The position numbers and the translations under genes are program-made. The notes under the pieces were generated by a model that was not told the DNA's origin, did no database searches, and saw only the letters and a program-made list of their open reading frames with translations. A stretch of 64,000 nucleotides of DNA, from the IMG/VR virus record IMGVR_UViG_3300035698_022389, positions 32,001-96,000 of that record; one strand, 5' to 3'. Positions 36,798-48,600 of this stretch are shown here, in pieces. The DNA comes from a virus. The stretch's first letter is position 1; the number at the start of each line of letters is the position of its first letter.

Positions 36798-37050
36798 TTT
36801 GAAATAATTTAACATAATTATAACTTAGTAAGGCACATAAAAGTGGGTTAAAGATGGATCGTGATTTAAATGTTGCAATTAATTTAAAACAACTCGCTGA
36901 AAGTCATTCAGAGAGTATAAATGCTTGTGGAGATGAAAGTTCTGGTCAGTGCGTTGCCCTTTGGGCAAGCAAGGACGAAACTATTATCTATGAAGCAAGA
37001 AATGGCCATTGTTAACCAGTAGGGTTAACTGTTCAAGTCCTTTATGACTA
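36785..37050 (+). mobile_element. tnpB-derived miniature element, copy C
   Basis: taggcaaaagggatTTGAA left flank; tnpB 3' remnant; hairpin gttaacc-agtag-ggttaac; TTCAAgtcctttatgacta right end. Confidence 0.8.
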
Positions 37051-37063
37051 AAGTGGTGGTGTT

Positions 37064-38452
37064 ATGGCTGAATTAATCACATTAGAGGGGGCTGTAGAAA
37101 GCTCTAAAGCAAAGGGGCCACAAAAAACAGGTGGTGAGGATAGGGCTTTGGTTTCAGCTATGGCCGTGAAAAACCCACCAGCTCCATTAGCCTATCAGTA
37201 TTTGAACGTGGGACCCGAGTTGTCTATTGAGATGGAAGACATTTCAACAGACCAGATTGATAATACTCGTCAAATGCTCCGAAATCTGTCTCCTTTTGTT
37301 ATTCAGATTGAACCACCAGCAGCTTTCCAGTCATATACTTCGGCTCCTAATGCAGCCAATAGCCCAAACATAGGCCTCTATGATATAGCTAACGGGACGG
37401 CATCCAGTTATCAGAAAGCTCGTGAGGCTTTGACTCAAGATTCGTTTTTATCGGGAATCTCCAGTAAACAAACATCAATGAATCCCGAAGAATTTTTAGC
37501 TTCTTCGGGATATAAAGCAGGCAAACTTATTGGGGATTTAAGGGATGTTACCCCTGATAATGCTGACTTATCTCCACGAGGAAGACCTGCCCTACCTGAT
37601 CTTTTGACAGTGATGGATATGCGTCTGCAAGTATCAAATATTCTTAACATCCCACCTCTGGTGTTGTTAATTAACCCAGCATCTTTCCAGATTCAATACA
37701 CTAAAATTCAGCAGTATCAAGACCGTAGCCGGTATGGGTACATCCTCCATACTTGGGGTGAAGATCAGGCCAAGGTTTCATTCACAGCAAAGTGTGGGGC
37801 TTTTATCTCTGGTGGGAGAGGTGTTCATGTTGCCAGCCGGAATGATTCCAAATCCTGGCAAAACATGCAGAACCTGATGAGGTTTTATAAAAATAATGGG
37901 TATATTTATGACACCATGGGTCGATCGAATGCACATCTCCATATAGGATCTTTGTCCATTCGATATGATGGCTTCATCTATTATGGCAGTATGGAATCGT
38001 TCACGTTTGAATTGAACGAGGATAATGAGCTTGGTGGTGTAGAGTTTAACATTGAGTTCACGGCTAATGGGATTCAAGATACGACTCCTGACACGAACAT
38101 TGTTCAGCCTATGAGGGCACCTTTGCCAAGTATTGAAGATCAACGATACATGAATTCAGGTAAAAACAGACCTGGTGAGTATGCTTTCGGGATTGGGAGT
38201 GGCGGGGGCGCTCGTTTAACTACTCAGGGTCGAGAAGTTAGTGCCAGTGATGCTCTTGAGACGTTAATTCCCCATGATGGGGCCGGAGGGGCGGGAACTG
38301 AGCCTGCTGATCCCACGACCATTGGAATGACAGGTGGCATTGCTGACCAGTCAGTAGGAAGTCAGGCTTTCCGGAGCCCCAGTGATGTTGTAAGTGTAGA
38401 TAAAGATGTAGAACAAGGTTCCGTCAACAGTGCAAAACCGTTTGGATTTTAA
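37064..38452 (+). CDS. Putative tube-initiator/baseplate hub accessory protein 2
   Basis: LLINPASFQIQYTK...HTWGEDQAKVSF...EFNIEFTA, paralogous in pattern to 36062-36775. Confidence 0.55.
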   Translation: MAELITLEGAVESSKAKGPQKTGGEDRALVSAMAVKNPPAPLAYQYLNVGPELSIEMEDISTDQIDNTRQMLRNLSPFVIQIEPPAAFQSYTSAPNAANSPNIGLYDIANGTASSYQKAREALTQDSFLSGISSKQTSMNPEEFLASSGYKAGKLIGDLRDVTPDNADLSPRGRPALPDLLTVMDMRLQVSNILNIPPLVLLINPASFQIQYTKIQQYQDRSRYGYILHTWGEDQAKVSFTAKCGAFISGGRGVHVASRNDSKSWQNMQNLMRFYKNNGYIYDTMGRSNAHLHIGSLSIRYDGFIYYGSMESFTFELNEDNELGGVEFNIEFTANGIQDTTPDTNIVQPMRAPLPSIEDQRYMNSGKNRPGEYAFGIGSGGGARLTTQGREVSASDALETLIPHDGAGGAGTEPADPTTIGMTGGIADQSVGSQAFRSPSDVVSVDKDVEQGSVNSAKPFGF

Positions 38453-38455
38453 GTA

Positions 38456-41400
38456 ATGGGTATCGAAAACAGACCTTTCGTAGGGACATGGCGGTTGAAT
38501 CGTCAGCAGGTTGTCCAACATACTCCAGATTGCTTGGTGTATCTGAATGGTGACCTCTCTTTACCTGGGTGTGCTCGATGCAACAGCAAGATTAATATAC
38601 AGGAGTTCGTTACAGAGGTGTCTGTGGACGCAGGAACTGACCCTGGAGCCACTTCGGCATCCTTTACCTTGTCAGTACCCGTCCATCACCATGAATCGTT
38701 TGCAAGGGACGCTCAGTTCATTCTCAGGCCTGGATTAGAAGTTCATATTTACCAGCGTGGGTATTTTCCAGTTGAGGGTATGTATTATCAGACTGATGCG
38801 GACACAATGCCTGCTTACCCATATTATCATGTTTTTCACGGAGTTGTCACTCAAGTAGGTGGAGCTTACAGTGCTGGTGTCCAGACGTTTTCTGTTCAGT
38901 GTGGCTCCATGTTGCATTTCTGGCAGTTCCAGCAGGTCAGCACAAATGCTTCTATTTTTGGTCAGCGTCCCGATAACAGTGGGAACAAAATATCATCTGT
39001 CGGGCATAATTATACAGGTCAACACCCATACGAAATCATTTGGCATATCCATAACGATTTCATTAGTGCTGCAGCAGGTGTTGGGTTTGCGTTGTCTTCT
39101 CAAACTAACATTGCAGCCATGTTTGGGGACAAAACTCTGTTTTCTTTGGCAGCTAAATACTGGGAAGAACGATTTAAAACTTCCACTATTCGATTGAGGA
39201 TGCATGGTGCAACTGGCCAGTTATTTAATGCTGCTCAAGCAGCCTTCTTGGGAAGAGCCTCCAGTAAAGAGCTTCTCAAATTAACCAGGAGTCGGTTTAA
39301 TCAATCCAATACAGGGTCGAAAAGTAATCCCGCTGTATGGAGTGATGCCCGAATTCGTGGGTCATGGACTCCTGACACCTTGGATGCCCTTCTCTATTTA
39401 GATAAAGCTTCAACCAGCAGCAAACCTGTTGATTTGAATGTCGTGGAAATGCAAGCTTTCATTACGGACATCGGGCAGTTTGGCCAATTCAATGAATTTG
39501 AGTCTACCTATGAAAGCAAGTTGGACATGGTTAATAAAGTCTGTGATGTCACAGGTTTTGAATTCTATCAGGATGTGGATGGAGATTTTGTTTTTAAGCC
39601 CCCATTCTATAATCTCGATACTTCAGGTTCAAGAACCTATTGTATTGAAGACATTGATATCATCAATATCAGTTTTGAAGAAAAAGAACCTGAAGTCACG
39701 TATATGACGGCCAAAGGTGGGGCAGTTAAAAACGTCACTGGTGTAGGGGTTGAGAATGAATATGGTGTTCGTGGTCAATATGTAGATTATCGTTTAGTGG
39801 CTCAATACGGATGGCGACCAGGTGAGTTTGAAACTTCTTATTTCAATGATAAAGATGCCATGCAGCACGCAGCAGCCAACAAACTTGACATAATGAATGC
39901 TCCTTCCAAGTCGGCTTCTGTAACGATCCCTCTCAGACCAGAAATTCGTCCTGGATATCCTGTATACATTCGATACTTGGATTGTTATTACTATTGCACG
40001 TCCATGTCACACAGTTACATGGCAGGTGGTCAATGTACAACGACTCTTCAGCTCATTGCTAAAAGAGCCAAGTTCTTTGCCCCTGGGGATGTTGATAAAC
40101 CAAATGGAGGTATAAACGCTATCCATTTGGAGAATCCTGCTATGCCTCCTCGTCCTCTTCAAGTAGCAGATAACAGGGGCTATCCAACTTTAATGGGATT
40201 CCCTAACGTAGTAATGGGTCTTGACCCAAAGAAAGTAGACCCTCGGATATTGTTGCTTGGAGGTGGGGTGTTCGATGTATCTATTCCTACAATGATTCCA
40301 GGGATTATTTTGATGGCATTAGATATGAACGTTATCAGGTTTGCAGATGGTGCAGATCAAGGGACTCTGTTTGAGATGCAGACTGGTGAAAGTACCGTCC
40401 AGAAATTTAAGTATGACCTTGACCAAGACTTACTTCCTCCGGGTACACACCCTCAGACATATTCAGATCAAAATGCCTTTGCAGATTTAGCTGCTGGGGT
40501 TGATGCGTATAAAGAACAGTTAGAGGATTTGGCTAATACCAAAAAGGTTCAGAAAAAGGCTCTTCGAAAAGCATCGAATGCAGTAGTTAAAGCCTCAGCA
40601 GACTATAAGAAAATAGCTAATATAGAGGCAAACAAAACAAAACGGGTAACAGCCAGGGCTGAAATCAAAAAAGCTGAAAAAAAAGTAGCTGTTGTTAAAA
40701 ACATTTTAGATCAATGTGACATCGCATTTGAAGCAAAACTTAGTAATATAGAGGACACGGAACCTGTAAAGATGCTTTATTCTATTGTTCAGAATATGAT
40801 GAGTATAAAAGATGGTTCTCGAAAAGATATCAACAGCACTAATTTTATTTTAGGGGTGTTGGCAGATAAGAAAGCTACTCGGACTAACGGTTCCTTGCCA
40901 GGTTCCTACCGATATTATTCCTCTTCTCATCCAAAGCCCCAACATCAAGGAATGGGTAGTTTGACCATTAACGTAACGGATGAGGATAAATCTCATACTA
41001 TAGTAGAAGAACCATTGGAAAATGGTCAGATAGAAGGGGAGGGTTTCCTTCCTGACGGTTCTCAAACTCCATTGAATAAAGCTGTGGATTCCAAGTTTGG
41101 GAAAATCTCTGTGACTAAAGGGATCAAAGTTTTGACAGGTCATCCAAATAAGAAGGGTGGTATTGTAGTTCCAACATCTGAAATTAGAGAGCTTATGTTT
41201 TCTCCCGTGGAATATAATATGACCAGTGTGAAGACCACGACAATTAATAAATCAAATCCAGGAGCTTTAGGGTCAAAGTTCTTTGCTAATTTAACCAGCA
41301 GTGCTGTGGTTGTAGCAAATGCAGCAACTAAAAGGATGACTTCAGAGGATGCCTTTTCGGCATGGCTCCAGACATTAAATTCTAATTTGAGAGATGCAGC

Positions 41401-42610
41401 AGCAGGGGCTTCTTTGACATTGCCAATTCCTGGGGATATCTCGATGCCTTCAGTTAAACTAAAGTCAGAATCCATAAAACCCAGTGATTCCCCACAGGAT
41501 TTTAAACTGAGTGATTCCCCACAGGATGTTTTTGGGGCATCCGAAACTAGGGCATTTGCAGGCAGTGAAAGTATGACAGTTGATCAGTTTTGGAAAGCTG
41601 TGGCTAAAAGTTTAGGAAAAAGTGTTCAAAGTTCCGTGAATACTTGGGTAAAGACTTGGAGACAGGCAGCTTTAAAAGAGGAGCTTGAGGCTCAACAGAG
41701 TTTGGGGGTTATTTCTCAGTTTTTCTCTACACTTGCAAATGTTTATGGCCCCGTAGGTATAACAAAAATACAACGTACTAGTGGTAATAAAAATAAAAAT
41801 ATTAGTGTAAGCAGCCCAGTGTTTCCAGTGTCCGATGCCCGTGGTTATGAAGTTGTGGGTTCCTATCGATATGGCCGAGGTGTGGACATTGATGAAAATG
41901 GGGTGTTTTCCCAATTGGTATTAGATGGGCCATTAGAAAGTTTAGACATTGCCAGTGTAGATATTTTTGTGAATGGTCTCATGAGAAACAAAGCAACTGT
42001 TGAGTATGCCCAAACACAGGCATTATTACAAAGTCTGTCTAAAGCTCGGCCTGATGATGAAGCATTAGCTTCTATTCGGCAGAACGTCAGTAAAGTTGGT
42101 GACGAAGCATCAAAAACTCAAATGCTGACGGATGGTCTTCGGAACTGGTATACTACCAGTGTGAAAGATGGAGTGGCCAAAACAAAGATACAACTGACGA
42201 ACGCAGCCTATTCCTTGGCTGATTTGACTCCGGAATCTTTACGAGTGTGTAATTGTAAAATGGCTGAGGCCAACATTATTCTTGAAAGTGCTCAAGACCG
42301 TGAATTCATTCCCGTTATCGAAGGATTTATGGAGTTACAACAGGACGATCCGGTAACGGCCACCAATGCAAAAGCAACGGCAGCTGCGGGACAAAACTGG
42401 ATTCTTCATCAGAAAGCACTTCGTGGTCAAGTTTTGGATAGAGACCCAGGTGATCTTGTGGAGTTTGTATCTAATTTGAATGAAACTTTAGAGGCTGCTG
42501 ACAGGGCCACCCAGCAAAAAACTGAAGAATTTGAGTCCTTTGTAGAAGAAGAAGCTAGAGAAGCCTCTGAAAATGTGGACGATGCCTTTGGTGGAGATGG
42601 AGAAGTATAA
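38456..42610 (+). CDS. Baseplate hub protein (T4 gp27/P2 gpD-like) with large insertions
   Basis: 1384 aa; FEFYQDVDGDFVFKPPFYN and SVTIPLRPEIRPGYPVYI...TSMSHSY...TTLQL hub motifs. Confidence 0.7.
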   Translation: MGIENRPFVGTWRLNRQQVVQHTPDCLVYLNGDLSLPGCARCNSKINIQEFVTEVSVDAGTDPGATSASFTLSVPVHHHESFARDAQFILRPGLEVHIYQRGYFPVEGMYYQTDADTMPAYPYYHVFHGVVTQVGGAYSAGVQTFSVQCGSMLHFWQFQQVSTNASIFGQRPDNSGNKISSVGHNYTGQHPYEIIWHIHNDFISAAAGVGFALSSQTNIAAMFGDKTLFSLAAKYWEERFKTSTIRLRMHGATGQLFNAAQAAFLGRASSKELLKLTRSRFNQSNTGSKSNPAVWSDARIRGSWTPDTLDALLYLDKASTSSKPVDLNVVEMQAFITDIGQFGQFNEFESTYESKLDMVNKVCDVTGFEFYQDVDGDFVFKPPFYNLDTSGSRTYCIEDIDIINISFEEKEPEVTYMTAKGGAVKNVTGVGVENEYGVRGQYVDYRLVAQYGWRPGEFETSYFNDKDAMQHAAANKLDIMNAPSKSASVTIPLRPEIRPGYPVYIRYLDCYYYCTSMSHSYMAGGQCTTTLQLIAKRAKFFAPGDVDKPNGGINAIHLENPAMPPRPLQVADNRGYPTLMGFPNVVMGLDPKKVDPRILLLGGGVFDVSIPTMIPGIILMALDMNVIRFADGADQGTLFEMQTGESTVQKFKYDLDQDLLPPGTHPQTYSDQNAFADLAAGVDAYKEQLEDLANTKKVQKKALRKASNAVVKASADYKKIANIEANKTKRVTARAEIKKAEKKVAVVKNILDQCDIAFEAKLSNIEDTEPVKMLYSIVQNMMSIKDGSRKDINSTNFILGVLADKKATRTNGSLPGSYRYYSSSHPKPQHQGMGSLTINVTDEDKSHTIVEEPLENGQIEGEGFLPDGSQTPLNKAVDSKFGKISVTKGIKVLTGHPNKKGGIVVPTSEIRELMFSPVEYNMTSVKTTTINKSNPGALGSKFFANLTSSAVVVANAATKRMTSEDAFSAWLQTLNSNLRDAAAGASLTLPIPGDISMPSVKLKSESIKPSDSPQDFKLSDSPQDVFGASETRAFAGSESMTVDQFWKAVAKSLGKSVQSSVNTWVKTWRQAALKEELEAQQSLGVISQFFSTLANVYGPVGITKIQRTSGNKNKNISVSSPVFPVSDARGYEVVGSYRYGRGVDIDENGVFSQLVLDGPLESLDIASVDIFVNGLMRNKATVEYAQTQALLQSLSKARPDDEALASIRQNVSKVGDEASKTQMLTDGLRNWYTTSVKDGVAKTKIQLTNAAYSLADLTPESLRVCNCKMAEANIILESAQDREFIPVIEGFMELQQDDPVTATNAKATAAAGQNWILHQKALRGQVLDRDPGDLVEFVSNLNETLEAADRATQQKTEEFESFVEEEAREASENVDDAFGGDGEV

Positions 42611-45063
42611 TGGCAACTACAATCAATCCTCAATCTGGTTTGAATGGGGTAGGGACTGTACCGTGGGGACAATTGAAATCCTCTACGGCATTTGCTGCCA
42701 AAAGTAAAAAAGATATGAACCCCGACACTAATTGGGGTTTGGGTACGGCAAGAGTAATCAATATCAATTATGTTGAGATGTTTGTCACCCTCCGAACATT
42801 AACGGGTGCAGCTTCAACTTTTGATAGGGTTCCCGTTCCTTTAACGTTTCCAGGGGCAGGTACCCGTCATTTCTTCGGTGCTATGCCAGAAATAGGGGAT
42901 GTGTGTGTCGTCGGGTGGATGCCCCCAGAGAGCATGTCTTCCAGTACGACAGGAACTCGCACACCAATCATTCTCTCGTGGTTGATACCTGGTGTCTGGC
43001 CAGGTCAGGATTGGGTGACGACATCCGATTTTGATCCCGATGAATATGACATCAATAACCCGAAGGACCAGCAAGCTCTCAGGGGAGTTTATTCCCAGAT
43101 TCGGCACAAACTTAGGCATATACAACCAGGTAATATTGTAGCATCTTCTTCCCAAGGTTCTGATATGGTTCTGGATGAGGGTGTGACGTTGGCCAATCGC
43201 CGAGGAAACGAGATTCGTTTACGTGATGCTGATCAAGCTCTCGTGGTACGAAGTCTTCAGCAGTTCCATGCAATGGCTGGTACACGTATTTATGCTGGTA
43301 TGGTTCAGCGTGATGCTAGACTTCTGCCTGCTATGTGTGTATCTGATGGCCGTGAATGGGACAGTAAAACCCAGGCTTTGGCAGGAGTAGCTATTGATGA
43401 TTCTCATCTTTCTGCTGACTTGTTGGCAGGAGATGGCTTCTATACTCCATCCAAATTATTCCAACGGCGTCAATTGACTACGGCTGAGGGTGATTTGGCA
43501 GGGCAGCCTTTCCCTGTTTCTTCATATTTGGATCCTTACAAGTTCCTTCAGAGAGGTGGGTTCATTGATGATGCTGGGTACGTTCTCGATGCCAATCATA
43601 TTCCTGCAGTCAGTGATGCAGTATATGGGGGAAAACCTTTCTTCAGGGTGGCCAATCAAGGTCTTCAGAATACCGTTAATGAAATAGATACTCCAACGCT
43701 TACAGAATACCGTGTTGAATTGGCTCATACGTCTGATGGCCGTTTACCCGTCACAGAACAGACAGATATGTTTGATGCTGAAAGGTTATTGGAGACCAAT
43801 CCTGATATTCCTGGGGCAATTTCCACAAATACGCCATTTATTGAATTTGTACTGGGTTCTGTGGTCGGTAATGATCCATATTCAACCAAAGGCCGTGAAG
43901 GTTATGGTTTGCCTGTTGTTCCTATCATTTTTGATGGGGAAACTCCTGCTCCCAGATTGGAACCTGCTAAAATTACAGATGTAGCTGATGGCAGTACTCC
44001 CACTCCGATGAAAGATCAGGCAGCCATGCTATTCCGTATGGCTCCCCCGACGGCTGAACCGGCAGCACCAACTTTTTGGGCTGTGAATAAGCAAGGACAA
44101 TATCGAGGATACATCGGTGGTGAAGCTAAAGAAGACTCCGTTCATTTATATGCTCAGGGTAATATGAAAATTGGTTCAGGGGGTAGGGTTGATATTTACT
44201 CACTGGGTGGTGTTCATTTTCATGCATCGGGAAAAGCCAGCATGGAACTGATGGCACCTGAAGGTGCTGTGACTATTTACGGGGGTGGGCCAATTAAGAC
44301 GGCTGAAACCACTGTAGAGCGGGCATCCGGTACGGGTGGTGGTGAAGGTGATGTTCCCTCAGTGGATATTGGGGCAAAGACTAATATTCGGTTACAGGCT
44401 GAAAAGAAAATCCTTCTGAAAAGTAATAATCATGAAACTCAGGCCACTAATGTAAAAATTACTGGCCATGAGAAAGTTGAAATAAACGGTACGAAAACTA
44501 TCAGTGAAACAACTGAAAACTACCAATTGTCGGTCAGTTCTCAAGCTTCAGAGTCTTATAGTGGGCCTAAATATTCATTACCTACTAACTATCCATTACA
44601 TGAACGGGTATATACAAGTCAGTACCCAGGTTTCACAGGTGAGAAAATCTCTTATCAGATGTGTGACAGGGAAGAAGAATTCAAGATTCTTGGGAATCAT
44701 TCCACAACTATGCAAGTTGGGGACATGACTTATGAGACACTCTTGGGTAAATGGTCAGCTACAGCTTTGGTAAATAGTTTTGAAGTGGATTCTACCTCTG
44801 GAATTACAGGCCAAGCCAAAATAGGAAACGTGGCTTTGAAAGCCTTGGTTGGGACTGCAACAGTTTCAGGGATGGCCACGGCTACGTTGGAAGCAACAGC
44901 AGGCATAGCTACAGTTCGAGGTGGTGTTGGTGTTATATTGGCAGCACCAATTACAGGGCCTGATTCAGGTCCGATCATTTGTGCTGGTTCTTTAGAACCT
45001 TTTACTAATCTGCCCTTTGCCACTTGGGGTATGGGTGCTAAAATGCATAACGTAACGGCGTAA
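42610..45063 (+). CDS. Baseplate central spike (gp5/gpV-like)
   Basis: N-terminal OB-fold pattern ARVININY...AMPEIGDVCVVGW; C-terminal beta-helix-like repeats; follows the hub. Confidence 0.65.
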   Translation: MATTINPQSGLNGVGTVPWGQLKSSTAFAAKSKKDMNPDTNWGLGTARVININYVEMFVTLRTLTGAASTFDRVPVPLTFPGAGTRHFFGAMPEIGDVCVVGWMPPESMSSSTTGTRTPIILSWLIPGVWPGQDWVTTSDFDPDEYDINNPKDQQALRGVYSQIRHKLRHIQPGNIVASSSQGSDMVLDEGVTLANRRGNEIRLRDADQALVVRSLQQFHAMAGTRIYAGMVQRDARLLPAMCVSDGREWDSKTQALAGVAIDDSHLSADLLAGDGFYTPSKLFQRRQLTTAEGDLAGQPFPVSSYLDPYKFLQRGGFIDDAGYVLDANHIPAVSDAVYGGKPFFRVANQGLQNTVNEIDTPTLTEYRVELAHTSDGRLPVTEQTDMFDAERLLETNPDIPGAISTNTPFIEFVLGSVVGNDPYSTKGREGYGLPVVPIIFDGETPAPRLEPAKITDVADGSTPTPMKDQAAMLFRMAPPTAEPAAPTFWAVNKQGQYRGYIGGEAKEDSVHLYAQGNMKIGSGGRVDIYSLGGVHFHASGKASMELMAPEGAVTIYGGGPIKTAETTVERASGTGGGEGDVPSVDIGAKTNIRLQAEKKILLKSNNHETQATNVKITGHEKVEINGTKTISETTENYQLSVSSQASESYSGPKYSLPTNYPLHERVYTSQYPGFTGEKISYQMCDREEEFKILGNHSTTMQVGDMTYETLLGKWSATALVNSFEVDSTSGITGQAKIGNVALKALVGTATVSGMATATLEATAGIATVRGGVGVILAAPITGPDSGPIICAGSLEPFTNLPFATWGMGAKMHNVTA

Positions 45064-45065
45064 CG

Positions 45066-45665
45066 ATGATTAACCCAGGTGTTATAACAGCAGCATTGTT
45101 GGTAAATAGAACCGTAGGGGGTTTCCCTTTGGCAGGTATCAATTTTGATAGGTTGGCTTTGGGTATTGGGATAGCCGTGAGTGCTTGGGGGATAAACCAG
45201 CAACAGAATTTATCTTTGAGGGGTACTACGTCAGGTTTGGTTGGGGCTGGTGATATAGAATATTCAACAACGAAATTAACAGTCCCTCCTAATATACCAA
45301 TAATGCAGGCTGGTTTGATTGGGGCTGGTATGGTAGGACCCTTAGCCCCGTCTCTGGCTGTGGTTGTGGCAATGAGTATATCTCAGTCTTTCACGGCTTT
45401 TGGACAATACCGTGGTACTTCCTCGGGTGTTGGGGTTGGTTCTGATATTTCCAGTATGTCAGTTGCAAACCCCGTTACCTTGATTGCTATGTTGATGGCT
45501 AATCTGACTGTCACATTAGGCCCGGGTTTAGCAATGCCTATGCTGGCTACGGGATTAGGGATTGGGATAGCAGGTGTTTTAATATTTGGGACGGGCTCGG
45601 GTGCAGTGAGTGGTGCAAGTGGGCCAAGTCCTGGTGGTGGAACTTCTCAATCGACGGTGGTATAA
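45066..45665 (+). CDS. Gly/Ala-rich hydrophobic virion protein
   Basis: 199 aa after the spike gene; function unknown. Confidence 0.55.
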   Translation: MINPGVITAALLVNRTVGGFPLAGINFDRLALGIGIAVSAWGINQQQNLSLRGTTSGLVGAGDIEYSTTKLTVPPNIPIMQAGLIGAGMVGPLAPSLAVVVAMSISQSFTAFGQYRGTSSGVGVGSDISSMSVANPVTLIAMLMANLTVTLGPGLAMPMLATGLGIGIAGVLIFGTGSGAVSGASGPSPGGGTSQSTVV

Positions 45666-48600
45666 ATGAGTAACTTTAACGGAAAAGTATTAGAGGGTGT
45701 TCGGCAATCACCTGTAAATTCCCCTACGACAAATGAACCTGGGGCTGGTGTTATTCGAGATATTCGAGGATTGCCTGCTAACTATATATTGTCTGCTCCT
45801 CCTTTGATTTGTGCCACTGCTGACCAGTATCGTGTTGCTGCTCTGGATGCCCCAGGTTCAACTATTGTGGAATATCTGGTTTGGGCACAGAACTCATCCC
45901 AGTTGGCTACCGTAGATGATGCAAGTTGGTGGACTACAGGTGGGGTTGGAAATATCTCAATTGGGGATCTGGAGGTTATTGCTTATCCAGGGTCAGATCA
46001 GGAACTTTACATGGATGGAACTGCTAATGTCATCGTTGTAGATAATGGCAATCGTTCTATTGGTTCGATTTCATGGCTGGTTGTGGCTCGTGGTGATGTG
46101 GAATATGATGATGATGGTTGGGATGATGTTGATAACCCTTCTATTCCCAGGAAAGGCAGTAATCCTTATTTAGCCTTTGAGATTGACCTTAACAATCAGA
46201 ATCCTGTATCTGGGATGGTAACTTTAACACCCTCTCAGTTAGTTCAGCTTGATGGAGGTTTATCTATTGAGCGTGGTGATAGAATTATTCAGCCTCGGTA
46301 TACGGTGGCTGCTCCACGTTTTTGGTGGACTCGGAACGACCGATATGAAAAACGATTTGGATGGGATGCATCACTTCAACGGTGGGAACCTTGGAAAGGA
46401 TCAGGGGTCAAGAATCTAGGGTACCTCCTGTTAGAGGAGGCTTCATTTACAATGGACCCAAAACTTCAGAATTTCCCTCTCGGAGCTTTCTTGCCTGGTG
46501 ATGCCACACCCGGTGGGGAAGATAAATATTCGATGATTAGATTGGGGACAGACCCTGGTATCACAAGTATTCCAGCAGGACCAGGGGGTGACTTTATTGG
46601 AATTCAGGTAAAACCTGATGATGCTGTTGAGGATTTTGATTTTAGTGTTGCTCCAACTCTCACTGGTGTCATGGGACAAACCAACGGGAAATTAGTTTTT
46701 AACCCAACCTATGTGAACTTACATGCAGGAAAATCAGTTTGGTATTCTTACAAGGGTTTCTCTAAGGATGAGGATGGTATCATTGGAAGTATTCAAGATG
46801 CTTTAACTTCTGACTTGTTTCTTGCTCCTCTTCCTGGCCCGACTGATGCTCTTTTGCTCCGATACGGGAACCGAAGTTACCTAGATTCGGTGACTTTTGC
46901 AAACGATGCATCATTACAAGCTGAGGTTGCCACCAATGGTGACCCTGATGAAGGACAGATTTACCTTTCATTATCTACTGGGCGGTTGGTACTTAGTCCT
47001 GTAGATTTGGGCAAAGCCAACCCAGGTGACCCAAACACATTCTCTAAGTATTATTTGGGAGATGGTTTGGTTTATGATGGTGTTTCACTTTGCCAACGCC
47101 CTCAACCAACTCGTTCTCCTGTCAAACTTTTGGCTGAGGATGGTGATCCAACAGAGGATGCAGATGAAATATTTATGCCAGAGGCCGAATATCTTCCTGG
47201 GACATACCACTCAGTAGATTGGAATAATGCTTATAGAGGGCTTGGTATTTCAGGCATCTTGAATGTTTCTGATGAAACTGGGTCTCTCCCCTTGCCTGGT
47301 GATGTCCCTGTTCGTCCCGGTGGTGATAATTCCTATGGGGGTGGGGTAGACCCACTTGTAACAGACCCAAATGTCGGAATGGTTCGTCGTTTGGAAGATG
47401 GGGTGAGTGACCTTATTATTTTTGGTAAAAATCATGCTATTACATTAACACGATCGTATAGAATTCCTGATGACAAGCCTTCCCGAATTCGGGGTGGTAA
47501 TGCCTATGTTTGTCTTCAGGTAGAAGGTACTGACCCTGGTTCTCGGGTGGAGATGGGGCGGTATGATAGGCAAGAACTGGATGGGGATTTCATTTATTTC
47601 CTTCAGGCAGCCTTGACCCCAGCCACATTTACAGCAGAAGCTAAACTCTATTCCCGTAACAGAGACATTTTCCGTTTCGATGGGGATGAGATTCTTTACT
47701 TTGCAGTGGACGGAGTTCCATATCAGTGGTCTTCCAGTGGTTTAGTGGCAGGATATCCTGACCAGTCTTCATTTACGGCAGAAGAAGTGGTTGCCGATAT
47801 GGCCACTATTGCAACTCTCCCTGCTGGTTCTGTGGTAGAGCATCTTGGTCGAATCCTTATTACAGGTACAGCTTCAGTAGAGATTGGTTGGGGCGGGACA
47901 ACTAAAGACCTGAGTGGCTCAGCTGTCCTTGGATTCCTCCCTGGATGGCTGGCTGTTGAGGGTGAACCATGTTGGTTGCCTGATTCCGGTGTTAGTGTGG
48001 GGCTGTTCCGTAGCCCTGTGAATCAAGACAGATCAAAGTCTACTGCTGATTTTGCTTACGTTGATAGGATTAGGGATGGATTATTGAGTGAAAGTCTTCA
48101 GCCAAATCCATACTTCTTTCTTCAGAATCCTCCATTGCAAGATATTGCTGGGTATGGTGAAAATTTCTTTTTCCAGTTGGTGAATTACATCATCGATGGG
48201 GATGACATTCAGATAATTTATAAGAATCTGGAGCATTATAAAGACATCATTTATCGTTTTGGTCAAAAAAAATTCGATTGGGTAGACGAAGGTTCCTATC
48301 AGTTGCCTGTGGAACGTGCATTGAACATCTTGGATTTAGGGTCAGCAGGTGTAGTCCCTGAATCTATGATGGGTGCTCCTGGAATTCCAGGTGCTCTTTA
48401 TGTGAACACAGGGGAAGGTGGCCTTGTTTTACAGTATCAGGATGACGATTATATTCTCCCATTTGGGGGTATTCCTGGAAATGCTACTCTTATTCATCGT
48501 TTTGGTCGTCGGGTAATGTTCGGTGCTCAGGGGGTGTTTACTGATGGTTCCACTACGTTTACAGATGCTAATGCTGATTTTAATGATCCTGACAAACAAG

